From IMG/VR virus record IMGVR_UViG_3300009183_000020, positions 1-39,443 of that record: a DNA stretch of 39,443 bases. One strand, 5' to 3'. The notes beneath the pieces are model-generated. The model was not told where the DNA came from, searched no databases, and saw only the letters and a program-made list of their open reading frames with translations. The stretch's first letter is position 1, and each line of letters begins with the position of its first letter. Source of the stretch: a virus (taxonomy: Duplodnaviria > Caudoviricetes). The translations under genes and the position numbers were made by a program. Of this stretch, positions 1 through 10,058 are shown one piece after another.

Positions 1-104
1 GTGAGAATAACCGTCATTCCAAAACTGATAAATACTATTTGTGGAATAGTCATTTACACTAAATGGCATGGCATAACCTTCTTCTGGACCTTCTGGCAAG
101 AGCA
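1..104. repeat. Terminal direct repeat (assembly circularisation overlap), copy 1
   Basis: Bases 1-104 (GTGAGAATAACC...TGGCAAGAGCA) are identical to 39340-39443, and a reading frame runs continuously through the join. Confidence 0.97.
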
Positions 105-546
105 TTGCAAAATGGAAACTAGTATTCGTTATATCCAATGCACCCAAATTAGTGTTGGTGTTCATCCTGCCATTTGAACCCGTGACAATACCTTTGGTCG
201 CGTGAGTAACTGATCCAACAAACGTGCCACTGGTTAGTGACTTCATGCAGATCGCGTTTGCCGCTGCAAGTTGCCAGACTGGGAAGTAGAGACGCTTGTG
301 CTTATCCCAACGTCCTGCCGCAATCTCGCCAGAGATGAAGGACGATATGGCCGCTTGCTTTGGTGCGGTAACGGTAGCACCTGCGGCTGTTAGGGCAGCA
401 ATGTAGGCGGCATCGGGACTAACGGCGGCAGTAGTTGTGTAAAGACCAGGAATCCTTCCGGGATGCAACCCTCCAATAACGCCTGTGCCGATTAAGGCAT
501 TAGCACGGGGTTGCCAAGGGTTAAGCATTCCTTTACCGAATAACAT
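1..546 (-). CDS. 5' part of a ~291-aa tail/receptor-binding-like protein spanning the circular junction
   Basis: Not in the ORF track. ATG at 546-544 overlaps the upstream TAA. It reads MLFGKGMLNPW...SPDAAYIAALTAAGA...FAMLLPEGPEEGYAMPF with no stop and continues into ORF 39010..39438. It lies between the tail adaptor and the lysis genes. Function is inferred. Confidence 0.8.
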   Translation of the reverse strand, partial: MLFGKGMLNPWQPRANALIGTGVIGGLHPGRIPGLYTTTAAVSPDAAYIAALTAAGATVTAPKQAAISSFISGEIAAGRWDKHKRLYFPVWQLAAANAICMKSLTSGTFVGSVTHATKGIVTGSNGRMNTNTNLGALDITNTSFHFAMLLPEGPEEGYAMPFSVNDYSTNSIYQFWNDGYSH

Positions 547-830
547 TAGGAGATTGGGACAAAGTTTGCGCGAATTTCAGTAGTACCAGAAGCGTTAGTA
601 ACAGTAAGACGGACTAAAGATCCAGATGGAATTAACGTTTGTTCTGTATGTGTGGTCCACGATCCACCAGTAACACTGTCAAATTCGTTAACTATGTCAC
701 TTTTTACAGTCATAGCAACTGTTGCCCCACCAAAAGTATGTTTAAGGGTAAACAGCAAGGCTTTTCCAGGTTTAACAATGATGTCATAATCACCGTTAGC
801 AGTCATTGGATTGTTCGTATTTAGATTCAT
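546..830 (-). CDS. Small beta-rich putative virion/tail-associated protein (94 aa)
   Basis: Translationally coupled to both neighbours in the tail module; no recognisable motif. Confidence 0.6.
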   Translation of the reverse strand: MNLNTNNPMTANGDYDIIVKPGKALLFTLKHTFGGATVAMTVKSDIVNEFDSVTGGSWTTHTEQTLIPSGSLVRLTVTNASGTTEIRANFVPIS

Positions 831-1351
831 AATATAATAGCAGCGATTAGGGTTGCAAGATCGTTAACAGACAAGAGGGTCATCTCACCTGTTGAGGCAT
901 TAAAATAAACAAGTTTGTTTTTCCGATTAAATGCTGTGGGCAATGTGGTTGAATTGCTAAGGGGTTCAGTTACTGGAAACTTTAAAGAGTTAGATTGTGC
1001 AGCTAGTTGCTGCGTCATCTGAACTATAAGGTCCATTCGTATCTCATGAGCCTCTGAATCGAAGGCGTCATTATTGATATAATTAGTAAGTTGCTGGTAT
1101 GGAACTATGCGAGCAATAGTCAGGGTCTTGGTGGATGGGAGAGCCACAGTAAGGGTTGCTGTTCCACCAGCAGGGTTGTTAAGGCCGGCAAGTGTGTAGT
1201 CTGTTCCAAGAGTTAAAGTTACCTGAACGCCTGCAGTGTCTACAGTGTAAAGATAAATATGGGAGTTAGAATAAAATGGAAAAGAAATAGCAAATACCGT
1301 AGCAACATTGTTGCCGACATACTGTGCTACTCTTACTGTGTTGCTTATCAT
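827..1351 (-). CDS. Tail-fibre N-terminal anchor/adaptor protein (T7 gp17 N-terminus-like)
   Basis: YVGNNVATVFAISFPF...LGTDYTL...LTIARIVPYQQLTNY...F..EAHE..MD...QMTQQL pattern typical of podovirus fibre anchor domains; only 174 aa. Confidence 0.8.
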   Translation of the reverse strand: MISNTVRVAQYVGNNVATVFAISFPFYSNSHIYLYTVDTAGVQVTLTLGTDYTLAGLNNPAGGTATLTVALPSTKTLTIARIVPYQQLTNYINNDAFDSEAHEIRMDLIVQMTQQLAAQSNSLKFPVTEPLSNSTTLPTAFNRKNKLVYFNASTGEMTLLSVNDLATLIAAIIL

Positions 1352-3894
1352 TTTACTGCGTCTCTTGGATCGATAATAAATTCTTGCCCTTGTTCTTCAA
1401 CTGATTCTGCCATGCGATCGACGAAACCTTCGCTCATCATTTCCTGCATGTTCCAGAGGATAAAATAATCAATGACAGGACGGATGTAAAACAAATTTAT
1501 AAAAGGAGTATTGTTTGTTACGACGTTCGATATATCCCTAGTTGGATCTTCTCCACGAATTGCTTTGGCAAACCCTGACGTGATTGGATCTAACTGTCCA
1601 AATACAGGTCCAGCCATAGCACCAGTAAACGTGTTATAGTTCTGGTCGTATTCTGTAAATAAGAAATCGCCGAGGATACCAGCACCACCACCACGTAGGA
1701 AAGCATCGTTTACCGTATCCCAGTTAATACCACCATCCATAACTAATGGTTTCGGTGTGCGTCCTTTAACAGTGTCTCTTAGTATGCCTGATAGGTATCC
1801 ACCGATTGTAGTCATGGCAATAAGTTGGGCCAAAGCAAATTTACCTTTGTGGTCGTTCATAAGCCAGTCGCTTATTGTATTTGATCCACGACCATAGACT
1901 TCACGTCCAATGACTTTTCTTAGAACAGTTACTGGAAACGACTTAAACATACTAAGCATGCGCATGGTTTCACCTAATGGTGTACCAGCCTGTGTACCAA
2001 AAGTAAGGTACTTCCGTTCTGCAGCACCGGGAGTAGGAACAGCCAAGTCAATGCGGTCTGTAAAGTAAGTCCTTAGTTTTTGCTCAAGCTGATCAAGCGC
2101 CCTTGTCCTTGCTTGGGGTGTCACCTTCCAGCCTTTTGCGTTAACGAGGTTATCCACGACATTTAACGGGAGACTTTGAATGGATGATGGTGTGACATAA
2201 AATTCCCCGTTAGGTGCCTTTTCCGTACTCTTACGTAAAGCTTCCCATTCTACATCACCAATGTCGTACAGGGACAGGGTTCTGGAAAGGTCTGGATCAA
2301 GATCTTTGAACGCCTTATTTGTATTACGACCAAGGTTATTTGCCATCAATTCGCCTGCAGTAGACTTGTGAACATCGTTCCACCAGTTCATGAAGTTAAG
2401 GCTATAAAATTTCTGCTGGACCTTGTTTAGCGCTCCCATTCCTTGAGAGTGAATCGTATATCGAGAAAGAGTGTTGCCGATCATGGAGTCAAGACCGATA
2501 CCCATTTGATGAAGAATTTCTTTTTGCTGTGGAGAACGAGCAAACATACCCGTAATGTTCTTGCCAAACGTTTCCATTTGAGAAAGTCCTTGGAATGACA
2601 TCTCAGATTGTAAGAATGCTTTATCGCCCATAGAGCTAAGAACGACTCCACCCATTTTAGATAGTTGAGTTACAATCCTTATACTACTAGAAATTTTATC
2701 TAGCGTAATGTTGGCAGGATATTCATTCTCACCAGATACTTCAGACCATGCTGCTTTAACACGCCAGTCGTCTATGCGCTTAACTTGCTCAGCGGCGTCC
2801 TCACGAGTGCGCGCCTCCTTGCGAAGATCGTTAACAATCTCTTGATATGTTTGCTTAGGGTTCGGTCCAAACGTTTCCATCATCGTGATGTTACGTGAAC
2901 GGAACAGCATATCGTTTAGAAGACCATCAGAGAAGTTTTTAGAACCAAACATCTGATTGTACTCAAACGAAGCATTGGCATCTTTAAAGTGTAAGACCCT
3001 GCTTGCGGAAGCTGAACGGGCCATAGATCCATGAGCAAAGAACTCAGCAATCTCGGCTTCACCAGATGGGGCTCCATGAACTCCAGTGTAAAGACTTTCG
3101 TGAACTTTTTCCATGAAGTCTTTAGGTGGAAGTCCTCTGAAGGTTGCTTGATGGTCAAGTAGCGGAAGCACAACTTGATACCACTTTTTAAAGGATTCAG
3201 CTTTGCTTAACTTGCCATTGGCATCTCTACCTAATTTCTGAATTTCTCCAGTGTCATGACTCTGACGCATGATATAACCGTCAAGATCACGAATGTATGC
3301 ACCAGCTCTGTTCTGACGTGACACCATTTCTTTGCGGACACGATTGTATGAACTAGCAATCTTAAGAGCAGAATCATTTTTAGATATGCCTGGTGTTCCA
3401 CCTTTCTTATTAAGCTCTGAAATTTCCTGATAAATCTCACGATCAAGTTTACCTGATCTGAACTCTCTCATTATTCCAAGCTGTTCAATCTCTGCAATAA
3501 ACGATCCGAAATACTGATTGTACATCGCACGCGCTTTGTAGTCTACGCTGAGTCGTGCACCTGGCTTAGATAAGTTTCCCCCTTCAAGAAGAGACTGAAG
3601 TCCCTCGCCCCACGTATCAAATTTCTTAACTGCTTCTTTTACCTCACGTTTTGCGTTAATAGTCAACAACCGATTACGCTCATTAACCTTGGCTTCAAAC
3701 TTTACTGAATTTATGATTTCGCCTTCAATTTCCTTAAGGGCGTCTTCAAGTTTCATTTTGGTTTTAACCACGCGATTATTGGCAAGATTATTGATGCGTA
3801 CTACAAGCTCGTCGGCTTGGACGTCGGTCATTTTCTTATCACGGACAAGGGACTTGATCCCTTTGGTACAATCAGATACGGATTTACGGGCCAT
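1348..3894 (-). CDS. Large internal virion (DNA ejection) protein, BPP-1/epsilon15-like
   Basis: 848 aa, helical; GAYI...GY..RQSHD, FKSFP, RGGGAGILGDFLF and C-terminal TPFINLFY motifs as remembered for this family; last of the ejection-gene block. Confidence 0.75.
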   Translation of the reverse strand: MARKSVSDCTKGIKSLVRDKKMTDVQADELVVRINNLANNRVVKTKMKLEDALKEIEGEIINSVKFEAKVNERNRLLTINAKREVKEAVKKFDTWGEGLQSLLEGGNLSKPGARLSVDYKARAMYNQYFGSFIAEIEQLGIMREFRSGKLDREIYQEISELNKKGGTPGISKNDSALKIASSYNRVRKEMVSRQNRAGAYIRDLDGYIMRQSHDTGEIQKLGRDANGKLSKAESFKKWYQVVLPLLDHQATFRGLPPKDFMEKVHESLYTGVHGAPSGEAEIAEFFAHGSMARSASASRVLHFKDANASFEYNQMFGSKNFSDGLLNDMLFRSRNITMMETFGPNPKQTYQEIVNDLRKEARTREDAAEQVKRIDDWRVKAAWSEVSGENEYPANITLDKISSSIRIVTQLSKMGGVVLSSMGDKAFLQSEMSFQGLSQMETFGKNITGMFARSPQQKEILHQMGIGLDSMIGNTLSRYTIHSQGMGALNKVQQKFYSLNFMNWWNDVHKSTAGELMANNLGRNTNKAFKDLDPDLSRTLSLYDIGDVEWEALRKSTEKAPNGEFYVTPSSIQSLPLNVVDNLVNAKGWKVTPQARTRALDQLEQKLRTYFTDRIDLAVPTPGAAERKYLTFGTQAGTPLGETMRMLSMFKSFPVTVLRKVIGREVYGRGSNTISDWLMNDHKGKFALAQLIAMTTIGGYLSGILRDTVKGRTPKPLVMDGGINWDTVNDAFLRGGGAGILGDFLFTEYDQNYNTFTGAMAGPVFGQLDPITSGFAKAIRGEDPTRDISNVVTNNTPFINLFYIRPVIDYFILWNMQEMMSEGFVDRMAESVEEQGQEFIIDPRDAVK

Positions 3895-6800
3895 TATAGT
3901 AGTAAGCAGTTAGAGACTTTTTGAAGGAGCGGTGCGTTTACATCAGCAGAAGACATTTTCTGAACAGATTTAAGATAGTCAGTAGGTTTGCGGATACCTT
4001 GTTTAACCATTTCAGAATAATCTTGAAGGACTTCGTCTAAAAGAGTAGTCGTTCCTTTTTGACCTTCCCAGGTTGTTTTCATAAAAAAGAACTCTCTGAA
4101 AGTATCGACAAAGGATTCAAGTAAGGTTTTAGGAGAACCCTTAACTGCAGGAATTGATTGTAAGAAAAGTTGGAATGTTCGATTTGTTAATCCTTCTGCA
4201 ATAAATTCGTCAAAGTTAAGTAGTCCGTAAAAAGGTACTTCAAGTTCGTTAAAGAAAACTTCGTCATTACCGTTAAGATATTTTCGAAGATTACCATCAT
4301 AATCAGTTTCAAACTTTTTAACCGCTAACTCATAGGCTTGTACAAGTTTTGCCATAGGTTTATTCTTGGTTTTCTTGCTGTAATCAATCAGCGACTTTAG
4401 GTAGTTATCTCCTTTTAGAACCGTGGTCCTAACAGATCCCATTGTAGAGGAAAGATCTTTACGGAAACGGCGAACCGCTGAACCATGAACTAATTCATGC
4501 AAAAATGTTTTTGGGGAAGAAGATCCGTTCAGGGTTATAGTATCAATTGAGGCATCGTACAAACCCCAAGCGTTCTCATTTGTCATAAGATCTTTGTTAA
4601 ACCGTACAGGAATTTCGTTAAGAGTCGGGTCAATTTCAAGAAGTGTATCAAACGCTTTTGCAATATCCGGCATGTACAACCGAAAACCCTCAACAAGTAA
4701 GTCAGTACTAGTTTCATATTTTCCACCAAAAAGTGGTGTGTTAGTAAGTTTATGCCACTGGTCGAAAGTAAGATCGTTAGTAAACATTCTAAGTTTTTCT
4801 GCTCGTGAGTCCCACTCACTTTTAGTAGGTTGTTTAGAGGGGAAGGTGTCTTTCGGAACAAACTGAATTTGTTTTGGATCAGTAGCAATCCAGAAACCCG
4901 TGTCAATAGTATAGGCCCCATCATAACCTTGAGCAACCAATTCATCAAGAGTAAGATAGTTAGCTTCTTCTTGGCCTATTTTTTTAGGGTTAGTTATGTT
5001 TACATATACCTCATAAATTTCTCCTTCAGGATAATTTAACGCATAGGTTGAGGCATAACTAGACATGAACTCATCTTCCTGCACACCTTTTTCGCCTTTA
5101 TTTGGGGTAAACCATATCCCTTCTGAATGAAGAGAATTTTGCTTGTATGCAGAACCAGGTCTCTTTAATTGATCAAACGATGTAATTCCTTTTTCCCCAC
5201 CATGATATAGTTTTATAAGGTTACCGGAGTTATCTCTAACTTTGCTATCTGGCATTAACTCATCAGTAAATTCACTTTTAGTAGGTGGTTTAGAACCTGT
5301 ATCAGCCATCCGACCAGTCATCTTATTCCAGTCTTCTTCTTCAAGATCTAGTCCGCGGAGGAAGTCTAGTTCTTCATCCATAGCAGCAAACTCTGCTTCG
5401 TCAGGTTGATCACGATGCGGTTTAATTTGTTCTTGTGGAACCATCTTTCCGTCATCGATTTCTTTCTGAAGTATCTGTGCTCGGGCCTGAGCTTTCTTTT
5501 CTTCACGTGCTTTATAGTCAGCAATCGCTTGCTGATTGCTGGCTACTTTATTATTAGCCTCTCTAACAATACGATATTCGTAAGCAGACTTAATACTATT
5601 TTGATCGAATGCAACATAAATATCGTCAAGTGGTCCACCGTCAAAAGTGTTCCTAATAACTACACCGTCGTGACCAGCAGCCTTTGCTTCAGCAATAACT
5701 TGCTTGTAAGTTTGTGGACGATGAAACTCACCATTAAAGTCAACGATTTTTGGATTCTTCATTGACACCATAAACGCACTTACATTGCCACCTTCACGGA
5801 AAACAGAGTCCACACCTAGGCGGTCAGCAGCTTCATTACCAAGTGCTTTGATCTCAGACTTAAGAATTTCATTTGCTTCATTTGGATTCTCTCTAAGTTC
5901 TTTTTGTATCGCATCCATTTTATCCATAATGTCAGAGACACGTGGATCATTCTGAAATTCCGATTTAAGAATATAGTACTGAGAAGTTTTCGGACTACCA
6001 GCAAAGAAAAATCCTTCTTTTGCACTGCTAGCGCCCGTGTTTTTACCAAGAGTTGTAGGATCGAATTGATCGCCCTGCCAAGTACGGCCATGGTATACAA
6101 TTACCGGTAAACCATTACCATCAACAAGCTTGTTGCCTTTATTAAACTCGTACAGATCTTTTTGCTTTGGTGAAAGAGTAGCGTAGTTTTCCTTAAATTT
6201 GGCATCAGCGGCATCATAATCTCTGACTGTGTTGGTCAGGGTCTTGTTCATACCTACCTCATCATCTAAGTCAACATACCTACCTGGATCAATATCTCGT
6301 CCACGCAAAAAGTCATCCTGTGCACCAGCCATCATGTTCTCTTGGGTCTCAGGTGTAAGACGTCGTTGCATATTAAGTATCCCGTTAACGCCAAGTCGAA
6401 GTGTGTTTATGCCTGCACCAAAGACACCAGCAAGAGCGATGTTAGTAACAAAGTCACTTCCTGTGTAGTCAATCTTGCTTTGCTGATTTGAAATCATTAG
6501 CGGAATTTCAGTGATTGCTTGACCAACTGTTCCTTCAATAATAGCAGCTGTATAGCCTTTCATGGCTAATCCACGAGCGGCAAGAACTTCCTCTGTAACT
6601 AGTCCACGAGCAACGATTCGTGAAACTGCACTTGTTGCTTGAGCAGCTTTGGCCCCAGACCCCACAATGGGTAAAAACATAAGTGGAAGATCGACTGGGT
6701 TTAAAATCGATCCAAGAAACTGAACTCCCATACTACCAGCAATACGACCGCCACCAGTTGTACCAGCTGCAAGAATAGCCTGACGATCATTCTCTTCTCT

Positions 6801-7088
6801 CTTTCTTTCAACAAGCAGACTCATTTCATCGCTAGTAGGATCGTAATCGAAATTTATGTTAACTCCTTCATTTTTTGCCCAGTCAATAGCTTCTTTACGA
6901 GGAATATATGGGTTAAGTTCTGGATCGTATTCTTTTGCTAGACTGTACTCTGACATGCGATACAGAGAAGTTAGCATTGACTCTTTCATACCCTGCTCGA
7001 ATGCAGTAGAATAGAAAGTGCTTGATGGAATGTCTGACTTTGCGCTAGGCAAAGCCGATCCGTTTACTGTAGAAAAAAGCATGCTCAT
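3894..7088 (-). CDS. Internal virion/ejection protein fused to two ADP-ribosyltransferase-like (ART-PolyVal-type) domains and a zincin metallopeptidase (polyvalent protein)
   Basis: Hydrophobic Gly/Ala-rich N-terminus; domain 1 VDGNGLPVIVYHG..GFFF..MKNP..GHDGVV..IYVAF..IKS; domain 2 VRDNSGNLIKLYHG..GIWFT..ITNP..GYDG..PKQI; C-terminal GLYD..ITL..HELVH..EFIAE. Confidence 0.8.
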   Translation of the reverse strand: MSMLFSTVNGSALPSAKSDIPSSTFYSTAFEQGMKESMLTSLYRMSEYSLAKEYDPELNPYIPRKEAIDWAKNEGVNINFDYDPTSDEMSLLVERKREENDRQAILAAGTTGGGRIAGSMGVQFLGSILNPVDLPLMFLPIVGSGAKAAQATSAVSRIVARGLVTEEVLAARGLAMKGYTAAIIEGTVGQAITEIPLMISNQQSKIDYTGSDFVTNIALAGVFGAGINTLRLGVNGILNMQRRLTPETQENMMAGAQDDFLRGRDIDPGRYVDLDDEVGMNKTLTNTVRDYDAADAKFKENYATLSPKQKDLYEFNKGNKLVDGNGLPVIVYHGRTWQGDQFDPTTLGKNTGASSAKEGFFFAGSPKTSQYYILKSEFQNDPRVSDIMDKMDAIQKELRENPNEANEILKSEIKALGNEAADRLGVDSVFREGGNVSAFMVSMKNPKIVDFNGEFHRPQTYKQVIAEAKAAGHDGVVIRNTFDGGPLDDIYVAFDQNSIKSAYEYRIVREANNKVASNQQAIADYKAREEKKAQARAQILQKEIDDGKMVPQEQIKPHRDQPDEAEFAAMDEELDFLRGLDLEEEDWNKMTGRMADTGSKPPTKSEFTDELMPDSKVRDNSGNLIKLYHGGEKGITSFDQLKRPGSAYKQNSLHSEGIWFTPNKGEKGVQEDEFMSSYASTYALNYPEGEIYEVYVNITNPKKIGQEEANYLTLDELVAQGYDGAYTIDTGFWIATDPKQIQFVPKDTFPSKQPTKSEWDSRAEKLRMFTNDLTFDQWHKLTNTPLFGGKYETSTDLLVEGFRLYMPDIAKAFDTLLEIDPTLNEIPVRFNKDLMTNENAWGLYDASIDTITLNGSSSPKTFLHELVHGSAVRRFRKDLSSTMGSVRTTVLKGDNYLKSLIDYSKKTKNKPMAKLVQAYELAVKKFETDYDGNLRKYLNGNDEVFFNELEVPFYGLLNFDEFIAEGLTNRTFQLFLQSIPAVKGSPKTLLESFVDTFREFFFMKTTWEGQKGTTTLLDEVLQDYSEMVKQGIRKPTDYLKSVQKMSSADVNAPLLQKVSNCLLL

Positions 7089-9589
7089 CGTGTAAATTGC
7101 CAGAAGGCTCCGGTTTTAGGGTAAGTTTTTTTCCAATTATTTATGGGTGTAGGTTGTTCACCTCCTTCAGGATAGTCTACAAAGGTCTCGGTTTCTTTCC
7201 AAGACCAGGTATCTGGAGTAAATCCTTTCATTTCCAGACCTTCCATAAATAAACCTTTTCTTTTATATGCAGGAACGTTTTTAAGAGGAAGTCGAAAGAA
7301 CCTGCCTTCTTTATCTCGTAAATCCACACGTTGACCGGAATCACTTTCAACAGTGACACGCCAATAGGCTCCTCCGGGTTCTGGGTAGTAAGATCCGGTT
7401 TTTACAATCTTGTTGTAAATAAGTTCCTGTTGCTTTGTTTTGTCTTCAGTTTGTTCAAAGTTAGGGAACTGGGAAACATCAATATCATCGGGGTGGATAT
7501 TGGCAAGAGCGACACCCATACGTTGTCCGTAATTATCAATCTCTGTTTGGTTAAGTTTTCTAGAAAATCCTTCTGGTTGTACTGGAATCCAAATCTGTGG
7601 TTTTTTATTGCCCCACATATCCCAATTGATTTGACCAGGGGGACCGTCATTCATACCTGGAAGAGCCAATTTTGTAGGTTTCATCGTTGAGGCAAGGATA
7701 CGGTTAATGGAAATATCTACGGCGTCTTCAATCTTCTTACCTTTAGCTACCATTACTTTTACGTCAGTTTCAATGGCGTTAAAGTATCCTTTAACTTCGT
7801 CAGCACGTTGGTCCTGTGGTCCGATAATAGTATTTTTAAAGGAGTTCCATAAACCATTAGAAGAGATCGAAGTTTTTACTTTAGAAGCATCTACTTTATT
7901 CATCTCAGTTAATGAATCAAGTGAGCGAAGGTTACCAATAAACTCTGGAAGCCATGGTTGATCACGATTCTGAAACACAATAGCATACTCAGCTTTAATC
8001 TTGTTCTGAGGTATTGTCATCAGATCAGATATTGCTTGAGCTCTTAAATCATCTGAAGGATACTTGGACAGAATAGAATCTACCACCTGAATGACATTGT
8101 CAATATCGGCACCGTTAATCTGGGCAGATGCATTGTCAGCCTCGTTTTTAGTCATGATACGCCACTCACTGCGTGGGCGGTTCATGTAACGTGTAGGATC
8201 CTCACCTTCACCAGCAGCACCCTGGGATCTAAGAATAGCGCGATAATACTGCTCTCTAGAAGCAACAGCTTGATCCATAGTTGGAACTTGCTTTATGCCA
8301 GCAACATCTGTTTTGACCGAACCGTCTAGAGAAATAGGGGCTTCACCAACACCTGTTCCTCTTTCAGTACCAGGCATAGGAAGTATACCCGGTTGACCCT
8401 CGTCAGTTTCATTAAACTGTAAAGTCTCCATATCAGTCCCGATGGTCTGAACAGTTGGATTATTTTCTATTTGCCAAGCTACTGGATCTTCATTATACAA
8501 GCGAGAATCTTCAATTAAAGCTGGCGAAACAATAGAGGCAAAAGCCCGAAGTTCTTTTTCAGTTTTACGGGTATCCTCAAACTCTTTAGCAAGCCTTAAC
8601 TTTTCAGCAGGGATCATGCTTTTTGTTTCAGCAATAAACCCGTGAGAATCTAAAGAAGCCTGCGCAGTCTGGTCATCACGCTGTTTCATTAGTTGTGCTT
8701 CCTCACCAGGATAAATCATTTGATAATCCTCGATAGGTAGCGATTTGTAGTTCCCGGTTCGTTCTGCAGCAATCAGTGATTTTTCACGAACAGTGTTAAA
8801 GTCTTCTTTAAGAAGTAGTGAACCTGTTGCTTTCTTAGTTTCTATTTTATTTAGCAACGTCTGGCGCGTTTGCTGATCAATGTAGACACCGTTGTTATCA
8901 ATAAGCCATTTTGCCTTATCTGGAGATTTTTCTATAAGAGCAAGAGTAGTATCTACTATTCTACGGGTAACCATTGCTTTTGCTTCATTAGGAGCAATTT
9001 CTCCATATAATTCAAGAACATGGTCTGTAGCAGTCTGAAGTCCGGTGAAAAGATCGTTGGCCGCACTGTCAGGGTCTATGGGTGCAAATGATTGGTAAGA
9101 TTGCATCGTCAATCCCCAGGACTGATCAATAGCGATTATGTCGGCTTGCATCTCATTGTTGGCACCAAGAGCAGCAGAACGTCCATAACGCTGATCTACT
9201 ATCTCTCGAGCTTTTTCTTGGAATGCATCGTAAGATTCGGCAGATGGTGCTCCTTCCATGTAGCCAGAAGCGGTGTTATCTGCGTTAGCCAGGAATGAGG
9301 GAAGATAGTCGACACGACTTCTGTTTTCAGGGTTGGTTTCAAAATCAGTAATCTTTCTCTGATACTCAGAAAGAGATCTGTTAAGCCACTGTGCTTCTTC
9401 TTTTTTACGATCTTCTTCTTCGATCTTATCACGTGTCTTTTTATTGATTACAATAGAACGACCAAGTCCGCTAATAGCCGCACCAAGGGAGGACATGTCT
9501 GCACCAAAAGCTCCTTGCGGTGCTTGAGTAGAAAAGTTAGTTCCTCCAAGGATGCTTGCGTTTGAAAATGTTCTAGGAATGTCGGGCAT
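7085..9589 (-). CDS. Internal virion (ejection) protein
   Basis: 834 aa, predicted helical, MPDIP.. N-terminus with Gly/Ala/Ser-rich amphipathic segment; position between small and large core proteins. Confidence 0.65.
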   Translation of the reverse strand: MPDIPRTFSNASILGGTNFSTQAPQGAFGADMSSLGAAISGLGRSIVINKKTRDKIEEEDRKKEEAQWLNRSLSEYQRKITDFETNPENRSRVDYLPSFLANADNTASGYMEGAPSAESYDAFQEKAREIVDQRYGRSAALGANNEMQADIIAIDQSWGLTMQSYQSFAPIDPDSAANDLFTGLQTATDHVLELYGEIAPNEAKAMVTRRIVDTTLALIEKSPDKAKWLIDNNGVYIDQQTRQTLLNKIETKKATGSLLLKEDFNTVREKSLIAAERTGNYKSLPIEDYQMIYPGEEAQLMKQRDDQTAQASLDSHGFIAETKSMIPAEKLRLAKEFEDTRKTEKELRAFASIVSPALIEDSRLYNEDPVAWQIENNPTVQTIGTDMETLQFNETDEGQPGILPMPGTERGTGVGEAPISLDGSVKTDVAGIKQVPTMDQAVASREQYYRAILRSQGAAGEGEDPTRYMNRPRSEWRIMTKNEADNASAQINGADIDNVIQVVDSILSKYPSDDLRAQAISDLMTIPQNKIKAEYAIVFQNRDQPWLPEFIGNLRSLDSLTEMNKVDASKVKTSISSNGLWNSFKNTIIGPQDQRADEVKGYFNAIETDVKVMVAKGKKIEDAVDISINRILASTMKPTKLALPGMNDGPPGQINWDMWGNKKPQIWIPVQPEGFSRKLNQTEIDNYGQRMGVALANIHPDDIDVSQFPNFEQTEDKTKQQELIYNKIVKTGSYYPEPGGAYWRVTVESDSGQRVDLRDKEGRFFRLPLKNVPAYKRKGLFMEGLEMKGFTPDTWSWKETETFVDYPEGGEQPTPINNWKKTYPKTGAFWQFTR

Positions 9590-9590
9590 A

Positions 9591-10058
9591 TTATTGAATA
9601 GTTGGCCAGTTAGCAGTTACATCAGAAACACCACCAATGAGTGATGAAGCTACACCGATCTTGCCTTCTTTACGGGCATTCTTACCTTGACTAATAAACA
9701 GATCAGATTTAAATTTCTCACCAAGTATAGCTTGCTTCCCTTTGTAGAGAACAGACATAACGTCAAGATCTTCTTGAACATTTGTTTCTGCCATAAGATC
9801 GCCAGTAGATCCGTCAATTGATATACCCGCCTTAGTAGCAGAAGCAATCTGTGACCCACGAAGTCTGCGATATTTTTCGCGGATACGAGTAGCCTCGTAA
9901 TCAGACTCCTCACCCATAGCTTTCGCATTGAGTAGGGCGGTTTGAGATTGATACTTTGCTTGTTCGTCAGCAGCTTTACCTTGCTGATAAGAGCTGTATG
10001 CTCCAACACCAGCACTAGCAATAGCTGAAGCTAAGAAAACCCATTCGATACCTGTCAT
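9591..10058 (-). CDS. Small internal virion protein (T7 gp14-like)
   Basis: Hydrophobic Ala/Gly-rich N-terminus, Q..A..AGI..DGS motif, synteny after the GNAT-like gene. Confidence 0.75.
   Translation of the reverse strand: MTGIEWVFLASAIASAGVGAYSSYQQGKAADEQAKYQSQTALLNAKAMGEESDYEATRIREKYRRLRGSQIASATKAGISIDGSTGDLMAETNVQEDLDVMSVLYKGKQAILGEKFKSDLFISQGKNARKEGKIGVASSLIGGVSDVTANWPTIQ

Noticed and set aside
1-104. Biological terminal repeat
   Set aside because: It falls in the middle of a coding sequence and looks like an assembler overlap; real termini more plausibly lie near 20.8-21.8 kb.
1-1351. Diversity-generating retroelement, given the BPP-1-like virion genes
   Set aside because: No reverse transcriptase and no template/variable repeat pair seen; the only long exact duplicate is the 104-bp end overlap.
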